42,704 bases of DNA, taken from contig JAUCBJ010005545.1 of the NCBI GenBank assembly GCA_032718475.1, forward strand, positions 1 to 42,704, in the 5' to 3' direction. Of the stretch, positions 33,413 to 42,704 are shown one piece after another (within the stretch, counting starts at the first letter, position 1; each line of letters begins with the position of its first letter). The notes under the pieces were generated by a model that worked only from the letters and a program-made list of their open reading frames with translations, searched no databases and was not told where the DNA came from. The stretch is from Nemertoderma westbladi (taxonomy: Eukaryota; Animalia; Xenacoelomorpha). The position numbers were made by a program, and so were the translations under genes.

Positions 33413-36013
33413 ATGACGCAGATTGTGTTGAGCTTACCAATCACGGGCGAACCTGAATCGTTATCTCTAGGTCTACCGATGACGCATTTAGAAGAAAGTC
33501 CGTCTCGCTCACCGAGTCTATCGATGAATCATGTTGAAGAAAGTGAGTCACTAACTCCAATTCTACCGATCAATGGCGTTGAAGAAAGTCTGTCTTCAAG
33601 CCCAATTATATCACACAATGATGTGGAAAAAAGTGAGTCGACATCCCCAATTCCACCGATCAATGATTTAGATGAAAGTGGGTCACCAATCCCGATTGTA
33701 TCGTTGACTCATGTGGAATATAAGGGCAACATTATCACCAAAGAAATGATAAATGAAGAGTCTAACTTAGCTATTGAATCCGAGAAATCTGCAACAAAAT
33801 TACGGCAGGAATCGTATGAGCGATGGGCGGAAATTGAGAAGGAATCAAAGTATAAGCGCCTAAATAATCTACTTAAGAAGAGTAGTGTGTATGCTAATTT
33901 CCTTATCAACCGCATTGAGAAACAACGCGATGAAAAACAGAAACAGGAACTGCAAAAGGCAAAGAGAAAGATGCAAACTGCAGCTCAACCTAAGGTAGTT
34001 GAGGCGACACGGAGGTCTACACGTTCCGATAATGTTGTTGTCAATCAGGAAAATAAGTCAGCACAGTTAGGGAAAGGTAAGGCGGTGAGTATATCTAGTA
34101 GAAAACGTAAACGAGAGATAGAAGTCGACTTAGATACATATATAAATCGCGATCAGTTATCCAACGTGAGTCAGGAGCCTGTGGACGGCGAGTCAGGATT
34201 GGAGGACCAGGATAGTAAACCGCCCCTCTCGCAGTCGGGCTTGTTTACTGGGGGTACGTTGCGGGACTACCAGCTGATCGGAGTCGACTGGATGCTGAGC
34301 CTATACGAGAATGGGATGAACGGGATTCTAGCGGACGAGATGGGGCTGGGTAAAACGATACAGGTGATCGAGACGATTTGTCGGCTGGAGGAGGGCGACG
34401 GGCCTGGCGGTCGTGGCAACTGCTACCTAATAGTGGCTCCATTATCTACACTGAGTAATTGGGTGTGCGAGTTCGAGCGTTTCGCCCCTTCCATCAGCAC
34501 CTTGCTGTACCACGGTGATGGAGAATACCGCAAGTCAATACAACGTAAGATTAGACGTGAAGCCACTGTTATTATCACGTCATATGAGATCGTAATTCGC
34601 GATCAGAAGGCCCTTGAATGTTACCTGTGGCGATACATTGTGGTTGACGAAGCGCAGCGGATAAAGAACATGAATTGTTCGCTCATCCGAGGCTTAAAGA
34701 GTCTCCGCTCATTGCATCGGTTGCTGCTGACCGGGACTCCGTTGCAGAACAACCTCGCCGAGCTGTGGTCTCTACTCAACTTCCTACTCCCGGATGTGTT
34801 TGACAATCTCGATACTTTCGAGTCCTGGTTCACTTTCGATATGATGATGAACGCGAATGAGGCTGAGTCTATAGTTGCGGAGGAACAGAAGACCAACGTT
34901 CTGTCGATGTTGCATCGCATCCTGACACCGTTTATGCTGCGACGCATAAAAGCCGACGTTTCGTTAGACCTCCCGCCCAAGGAGGAACGCACCGTATTGG
35001 TCCCGTTGACTCCATTACAACGACGATTCTATGAGGCGACGGTTAATAAAACTATAGAGAAACTCACTGGACGCGTCAAGGAAGAAGATATTATTGAGCC
35101 GCAGGCCAAGCGGAAGTCGTTCAATAGAGCACTGGAGGTCAACAGGCTGATCACCAACATAGATAATGTGACTACAGAGAAAGCCGCTGAGGCAATGGTA
35201 TCTCGTTTATCTGATTATATTGATAAGTGTTTGGATAGTAAGAGACCTCCTAAGGACGACATCGATAAGTTCGAGACCAATGTTAACATGAGGAACGCCA
35301 TGATGCAGTTGAGGAAGATCTGCAGTCATCCCTATCTTATTCAATATCCTTTGGATAATTTGGGTAACTATAAAATCGACGACAACATTATAGAAACAAG
35401 CGGTAAAGTTAAATTCCTGGAACGAATTCTCCCGGAATTAAAGTCCCGGGGCCATAAAGTTCTTCTTTTTAGTCAAATGACGAAGGTTTTGGACATTATA
35501 GAGGATTATTGCATCTTCAAAAAGATTATCTACCAACGGTTAGACGGGAGAATGAGCATTACAAGTCGTCAGGAAGCCATCAACGATTTCAACCAATCAG
35601 AAGGTGTCTTCCTATTCCTTATCAGCACTCGAGCAGGGGGTCTAGGAATCAATCTCGCCTCCGCGGACACCGTTATACTATACGACAGCGACTGGAATCC
35701 GCAATGCGATCTGCAGGCTCAAGATCGATGCCATCGGATCGGGCAGACGAAGCCGGTAGTGGTGTATCGGTTGGTTGTGGCCAACAGCATCGATCAGCGG
35801 ATGGTGGAGCGAGCCACGGCTAAGCGACGTCTAGAGAAACTCGTTATAAAGAACGGTCTGTTTAAGGGGACCGAGGATGATCTGATTGGAAAGAAGCTGA
35901 ATCTCGACGAACTTCTTGCGATGTTGAAGAGCGATGATAGCGTTAATACTTGGGATGGTGATAAAGATATACCCGATGACGAACTCTTCAAGTTACTCTG
36001 TAGGGATTTCTAG
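33413..36013 (+). CDS. HELLS: Lymphoid-specific helicase (HELLS/LSH/DDM1), SNF2 family, single exon
   Basis: KRLNNLLKKSSVYANFL, FTGGTLRDYQ, GILADEMGLGKT, LLLTGTPLQNNLAELWSLL, LHRILTPFMLRRIKADV.L.LPPK.E, STRAGGLGINL, QAQDRCHRIGQTKPVVVYRL and LEKLVIKNGLFKG. Confidence 0.92.
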   Translation: MTQIVLSLPITGEPESLSLGLPMTHLEESPSRSPSLSMNHVEESESLTPILPINGVEESLSSSPIISHNDVEKSESTSPIPPINDLDESGSPIPIVSLTHVEYKGNIITKEMINEESNLAIESEKSATKLRQESYERWAEIEKESKYKRLNNLLKKSSVYANFLINRIEKQRDEKQKQELQKAKRKMQTAAQPKVVEATRRSTRSDNVVVNQENKSAQLGKGKAVSISSRKRKREIEVDLDTYINRDQLSNVSQEPVDGESGLEDQDSKPPLSQSGLFTGGTLRDYQLIGVDWMLSLYENGMNGILADEMGLGKTIQVIETICRLEEGDGPGGRGNCYLIVAPLSTLSNWVCEFERFAPSISTLLYHGDGEYRKSIQRKIRREATVIITSYEIVIRDQKALECYLWRYIVVDEAQRIKNMNCSLIRGLKSLRSLHRLLLTGTPLQNNLAELWSLLNFLLPDVFDNLDTFESWFTFDMMMNANEAESIVAEEQKTNVLSMLHRILTPFMLRRIKADVSLDLPPKEERTVLVPLTPLQRRFYEATVNKTIEKLTGRVKEEDIIEPQAKRKSFNRALEVNRLITNIDNVTTEKAAEAMVSRLSDYIDKCLDSKRPPKDDIDKFETNVNMRNAMMQLRKICSHPYLIQYPLDNLGNYKIDDNIIETSGKVKFLERILPELKSRGHKVLLFSQMTKVLDIIEDYCIFKKIIYQRLDGRMSITSRQEAINDFNQSEGVFLFLISTRAGGLGINLASADTVILYDSDWNPQCDLQAQDRCHRIGQTKPVVVYRLVVANSIDQRMVERATAKRRLEKLVIKNGLFKGTEDDLIGKKLNLDELLAMLKSDDSVNTWDGDKDIPDDELFKLLCRDF

Positions 36014-37715
36014 TGACGAGCATCTCTATGTTTTCCAGTTTAGGACTTTACCGATATGTATAATGATAAGATTGGCATTGTCCATATTATATTTTGAAAT
36101 AAATTAAAATATTTTCATTATTGTATGTTTTTATCAGTGATTCAATATAGTCATTAAAAAGTGCAATATTTCAATAAGTTTTCATAATTATTTGTGTTTT
36201 ATTCTACATCTACATTGAAGAAAAGTTATGTGTTTAAATAAGGTTTTCCCATATAATTTCACAACAAACTGTAATAACACAATAACTATTATATCTTGAT
36301 TTGTGTGACTTCAGTTCGGGTTTATTGTTTAGAAAATTTTAGCGGCGTTCGTTTTGTCTATTTTTTGCATGGTGAGTTCTAGTTCAAGCCAAGAAATATC
36401 AAACTAAATATTTGTTTGAAGTAAGTATTTGGGAAAGCATTTTTAGCTACTGTAACATCTAACTGTGAAAATGAATAAATACATTTTCGCCTCGGTTTCG
36501 CCCACCAAGTTTCAACTTCCACGTCAGTGATATAGAAATGGGGGCGCAAACGTAACGTAAACGCTATTACGAGCCGAAATGAAACTAGTCTGTGATCTTT
36601 AATATAGTTTATTGTTTCGGTTTTGGTGGGTGGCTTGGAATTGTTATTTGATTACTCTCAATATAAGACGGGACTCATTCGATTCATTGATTTTTTTTTA
36701 TATCTTACTGTATAGCATCTCATTGAGAAGGTGGGAGGTACACTGGTACAGTTGTACAACGAGAACATGGGAGTTATGTCTTACTTAATAAACGAGGCAT
36801 GGTGCAACCTCCTCAGTAATATCATATAGACAAAACCCAGTGTCACCCTGCACTCAGTTGGATGTGTCCTTGCCAACCACTGCTATTGTATATGTAGGTA
36901 ACATTCACTCTTAAATTCCTATTGTCTGATTTTGTTAAGTTCACTTGTCTTCTGATATTGATCTCAACTGGTCGCTTTGGTTTCGTAGAAAAAGTAGGGG
37001 GGGGGGGGGGTGGGGGGGGGGGGGGGGGGGGGGGGGGGGGTGTTGGTGGTGAGGACCTGGGGTGTGTATAAGGGTTCTAATAATATAAAATTTTATGCTT
37101 TTATGCACTATCTCTAAATTTTCTCCAATATAACTAACTTATCGCCCGACCTCTAACTTATAATATTCCCAGAATGCATTGCTATTCGAGTTGATGATTT
37201 GTAAACCTCAGTGGGATGATAATCTCCACAATAATTAGAATACCCCCACCCCCCCCCCCCCCCCCCCCCCCTCCCCACACCCCTCCCTCCTACAAAACTC
37301 CCCCGGGGAATTTTACCATATATGTTTATGTTACTCTTCTACATGGCATACTATGTAGGTATTTTGTCCGATGAGGCAAAGTAGATAAAATTGCAAAACG
37401 AATCCTCCGCTTTATTTGGGAACATTTGGCACATTAGAGACACTTACTGAAGATAATACAATTCATTAATTAACGATTATTAATACGATTAATTAATCAA
37501 GCGTGATATCATAGCGTATTATACGGCCTGCCAGAACCAGATGATTTACTCAACCGACTTCAGATTGCCTTAAGTTCCCGCAAAAATCGCCACTCGTCAC
37601 TTAGATAGAATATCTCTGAACCAAGTGCACCGTTACAAACTTAAATATTACGGTGGACGCAGTTTTTCGTTTGCCGCACTCTTCAACTTTGACTCTTCGG
37701 TGTTACACAAAGGAT

Positions 37716-40700
37716 ACACTGTATAAAGCTGTGTCTCACACACTGTATAAAGCTGTATCTCACACACTGTATAAAGCTGTGTCTCACACACTGTATAAAG
37801 CTGTGTCTCACACACTGTATAAAGCTGTATCTCACACACTGTATAAAGCTGTGTCTCACACACTGTATAAAGCTGTGTCTCACACACTGTATAAAGCTGT
37901 GTCTCACACACTGTATAAAGCTGTGTCTCACACACTGTATAAAGCTGTGTCTCACACACTGTATAAAGCTGTGTCTCACACACTGTATAAAGCTGTGTCT
38001 CACACACTGTATAAAGCTGTGTCTCACACACTGTATAAAGCTGTATCTCACACACTGTATAAAGCTGTGTCTCACACACTGTATAAAGCTGTATCTCACA
38101 CACTGTATAAAGCTGTGTCTCACACACTGTATAAAGCTGTGTCTCACACACTGTATAAAGCTGTGTCTCACACACTGTATAAAGCTGTGTCTCACACACT
38201 GTATAAAGCTGTGTCTCACACACTGTATAAAGCTGTGTCTCACACACTGTATAAAGCTGTGTCTCACACACTGTATAAAGCTGTGTCTCACACACTGTAT
38301 AAAGCTGTGTCTCACACACTGTATAAAGCTGTGTCTCACACACTGTATAAAGCTGTATCTCACACACTGTATAAAGCTGTGTCTCACACACTGTATAAAG
38401 CTGTATCTCACACACTGTATAAAGCTGTGTCTCACACACTGTATAAAGCTGTGTCTCACACACTGTATAAAGCTGTGTCTCACACACTGTATAAAGCTGT
38501 GTCTCACACACTGTATAAAGCTGTGTCTCACACACTGTATAAAGCTGTGTCTCACACACTGTATAAAGCTGTGTCTCACACACTGTATAAAGCTGTGTCT
38601 CACACACTGTATAAAGCTGTGTCTCACACACTGTATAAAGCTGTGTCTCACACACTGTATAAAGCTGTGTCTCACACACTGTATAAAGCTGTGTCTCACA
38701 CACTGTATAAAGCTGTGTCTCACACACTGTATAAAGCTGTGTCTCACACACTGTATAAAGCTGTGTCTCACACACTGTATAAAGCTGTGTCTCACACACT
38801 GTATAAAGCTGTGTCTCACACACTGTATAAAGCTGTGTCTCACACACTGTATAAAGCTGTGTCTCACACACTGTATAAAGCTGTGTCTCACACACTGTAT
38901 AAAGCTGTGTCTCACACACTGTATAAAGCTGTGTCTCACACACTGTATAAAGCTGTGTCTCACACACTGTATAAAGCTGTGTCTCACACACTGTATAAAG
39001 CTGTGTCTCACACACTGTATAAAGCTGTGTCTCACACACTGTATAAAGCTGTGTCTCACACACTGTATAAAGCTGTGTCTCACACACTGTATAAAGCTGT
39101 GTCTCACACACTGTATAAAGCTGTGTCTCACACACTGTATAAAGCTGTGTCTCACACACTGTATAAAGCTGTGTCTCACACACTGTATAAAGCTGTGTCT
39201 CACACACTGTATAAAGCTGTGTCTCACACACTGTATAAAGCTGTGTCTCACACACTGTATAAAGCTGTGTCTCACACACTGTATAAAGCTGTGTCTCACA
39301 CACTGTATAAAGCTGTGTCTCACACACTGTATAAAGCTGTGTCTCACACACTGTATAAAGCTGTGTCTCACACACTGTATAAAGCTGTGTCTCACACACT
39401 GTATAAAGCTGTGTCTCACACACTGTATAAAGCTGTGTCTCACACACTGTATAAAGCTGTGTCTCACACACTGTATAAAGCTGTGTCTCACACACTGTAT
39501 AAAGCTGTGTCTCACACACTGTATAAAGCTGTGTCTCACACACTGTATAAAGCTGTATCTCACACACTGTATAAAGCTGTGTCTCACACACTGTATAAAG
39601 CTGTGTCTCACACACTGTATAAAGCTGTGTCTCACACACTGTATAAAGCTGTGTCTCACACACTGTATAAAGCTGTGTCTCACACACTGTATAAAGCTGT
39701 ATCTCACACACTGTATAAAGCTGTGTCTCACACACTGTATAAAGCTGTGTCTCACACACTGTATAAAGCTGTGTCTCACACACTGTATAAAGCTGTATCT
39801 CACACACTGTATAAAGCTGTGTCTCACACACTGTATAAAGCTGTGTCTCACACACTGTATAAAGCTGTGTCTCACACACTGTATAAAGCTGTGTCTCACA
39901 CACTGTATAAAGCTGTGTCTCACACACTGTATAAAGCTGTATCTCACACACTGTATAAAGCTGTGTCTCACACACTGTATAAAGCTGTGTCTCACACACT
40001 GTATAAAGCTGTGTCTCACACACTGTATAAAGCTGTGTCTCACACACTGTATAAAGCTGTGTCTCACACACTGTATAAAGCTGTGTCTCACACACTGTAT
40101 AAAGCTGTGTCTCACACACTGTATAAAGCTGTGTCTCACACACTGTATAAAGCTGTGTCTCACACACTGTATAAAGCTGTATCTCACACACTGTATAAAG
40201 CTGTATCTCACACACTGTATAAAGCTGTGTCTCACACACTGTATAAAGCTGTATCTCACACACTGTATAAAGCTGTGTCTCACACACTGTATAAAGCTGT
40301 GTCTCACACACTGTATAAAGCTGTGTCTCACACACTGTATAAAGCTGTGTCTCACACACTGTATAAAGCTGTGTCTCACACACTGTATAAAGCTGTGTCT
40401 CACACACTGTATAAAGCTGTGTCTCACACACTGTATAAAGCTGTGTCTCACACACTGTATAAAGCTGTGTCTCACACACTGTATAAAGCTGTGTCTCACA
40501 CACTGTATAAAGCTGTGTCTCACACACTGTATAAAGCTGTGTCTCACACACTGTATAAAGCTGTGTCTCACACACTGTATAAAGCTGTGTCTCACACACT
40601 GTATAAAGCTGTGTCTCACACACTGTATAAAGCTGTGTCTCACACACTGTATAAAGCTGTGTCTCACACACTGTATAAAGCTGTGTCTCACACACTGTAT

Positions 40701-42704
40701 AAAGCTGTGTCTCACACACTGTATAAAGCTGTGTCTCACACACTGTATAAAGCTGTGTCTCACACACTGTATAAAGCTGTGTCTCACACACTGTATAAAG
40801 CTGTGTCTCACACACTGTATAAAGCTGTGTCTCACACACTGTATAAAGCTGTGTCTCACACACTGTATAAAGCTGTGTCTCACACACTGTATAAAGCTGT
40901 GTCTCACACACTGTATAAAGCTGTGTCTCACACACTGTATAAAGCTGTGTCTCACACACTGTATAAAGCTGTGTCTCACACACTGTATAAAGCTGTGTCT
41001 CACACACTGTATAAAGCTGTGTCTCACACACTGTATAAAGCTGTGTCTCACACACTGTATAAAGCTGTGTCTCACACACTGTATAAAGCTGTGTCTCACA
41101 CACTGTATAAAGCTGTGTCTCACACACTGTATAAAGCTGTGTCTCACACACTGTATAAAGCTGTGTCTCACACACTGTATAAAGCTGTGTCTCACACACT
41201 GTATAAAGCTGTGTCTCACACACTGTATAAAGCTGTGTCTCACACACTGTATAAAGCTGTGTCTCACACACTGTATAAAGCTGTGTCTCACACACTGTAT
41301 AAAGCTGTGTCTCACACACTGTATAAAGCTGTGTCTCACACACTGTATAAAGCTGTGTCTCACACACTGTATAAAGCTGTGTCTCACACACTGTATAAAG
41401 CTGTGTCTCACACACTGTATAAAGCTGTGTCTCACACACTGTATAAAGCTGTGTCTCACACACTGTATAAAGCTGTGTCTCACACACTGTATAAAGCTGT
41501 GTCTCACACACTGTATAAAGCTGTGTCTCACACACTGTATAAAGCTGTGTCTCACACACTGTATAAAGCTGTGTCTCACACACTGTATAAAGCTGTGTCT
41601 CACACACTGTATAAAGCTGTGTCTCACACACTGTATAAAGCTGTGTCTCACACACTGTATAAAGCTGTGTCTCACACACTGTATAAAGCTGTGTCTCACA
41701 CACTGTATAAAGCTGTGTCTCACACACTGTATAAAGCTGTGTCTCACACACTGTATAAAGCTGTGTCTCACACACTGTATAAAGCTGTGTCTCACACACT
41801 GTATAAAGCTGTGTCTCACACACTGTATAAAGCTGTGTCTCACACACTGTATAAAGCTGTGTCTCACACACTGTATAAAGCTGTGTCTCACACACTGTAT
41901 AAAGCTGTGTCTCACACACTGTATAAAGCTGTGTCTCACACACTGTATAAAGCTGTGTCTCACACACTGTATAAAGCTGTGTCTCACACACTGTATAAAG
42001 CTGTGTCTCACACACTGTATAAAGCTGTGTCTCACACACTGTATAAAGCTGTATCTCACACACTGTATAAAGCTGTGTCTCACACACTGTATAAAGCTGT
42101 GTCTCACACACTGTATAAAGCTGTGTCTCACACACTGTATAAAGCTGTGTCTCACACACTGTATAAAGCTGTGTCTCACACACTGTATAAAGCTGTATCT
42201 CACACACTGTATAAAGCTGTGTCTCACACACTGTATAAAGCTGTATCTCACACACTGTATAAAGCTGTATCTCACACACTGTATAAAGCTGTGTCTCACA
42301 CACTGTATAAAGCTGTATCTCACACACTGTATAAAGCTGTGTCTCACACACTGTATAAAGCTGTGTCTCACACACTGTATAAAGCTGTGTCTCACACACT
42401 GTATAAAGCTGTGTCTCACACACTGTATAAAGCTGTGTCTCACACACTGTATAAAGCTGTATCTCACACACTGTATAAAGCTGTGTCTCACACACTGTAT
42501 AAAGCTGTATCTCACACACTGTATAAAGCTGTATCTCACACACTGTATAAAGCTGTATCTCACACACTGTATAAAGCTGTGTCTCACACACTGTATAAAG
42601 CTGTGTCTCACACACTGTATAAAGCTGTATCTCACACACTGTATAAAGCTGTGTCTCACACACTGTATAAAGCTGTGTCTCACACACTGTATAAAGCTGT
42701 GTCT
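37716..42704. repeat. 24-bp satellite (CACTGTATAAAGCTGT[G/A]TCTCACA)n, ~208 copies, continues past the window end
   Basis: Directly visible; only one variable position (G/A) seen. Confidence 0.99.

Noticed and set aside
33413-36013. HELLS or SNX25 as Polinton cargo
   Set aside because: Both lie outside the TIRs and TSD and have higher GC than the element.
36998-37280. Poly-G and poly-C tracts as a structured element or G-quadruplex locus
   Set aside because: Complementarity is mostly homopolymer and I found no clear TSD; probably a simple repeat or decayed MITE.
37648-42687. 1679-aa and 1666-aa ORFs (CETQLYTV / RHSFIQCV repeats)
   Set aside because: By-products of a 24-bp satellite with no stop in two frames. 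There are non-ATG starts, no unique domain and no synonymous variation.
37716-42704. CRISPR-like array
   Set aside because: Head-to-tail repeats with no unique spacers and no cas genes, in a eukaryotic context.

Overview
Animal (probably invertebrate) genomic DNA. The centre of the window is a complete, integrated but decaying 19.1-kb Polinton/Maverick (adintovirus-like endogenous dsDNA virus) at 11449-30540, with AGTAGT termini, long TIRs and a perfect 6-bp TSD (CTTGTC). Its + strand carries a RING protein, packaging ATPase, pX-like protein, integrase, two minor capsid (penton) paralogs, a frameshifted core/membrane-lytic protein, the major capsid protein, an adenain protease and a Maelstrom/DEDD-like nuclease. 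Its - strand carries a PC4-like protein, protein-primed DNA polymerase B, a divergent TATA-binding-protein-like gene and an orphan ORF. The most unusual cargo is the TBP-like plus PC4-like pair and the ECHC-type nuclease. Host genes are the first coding exon of casein kinase 2 beta, an intronless SNX25-like gene and an intronless HELLS/LSH helicase. Other repeats are degraded RTE and CR1/L2 LINEs, several non-autonomous DNA transposons with TSDs, Tc1/mariner-like excision footprints and a 5-kb 24-bp satellite running off the right end. All protein assignments come from motif recognition by eye; no database search was run.
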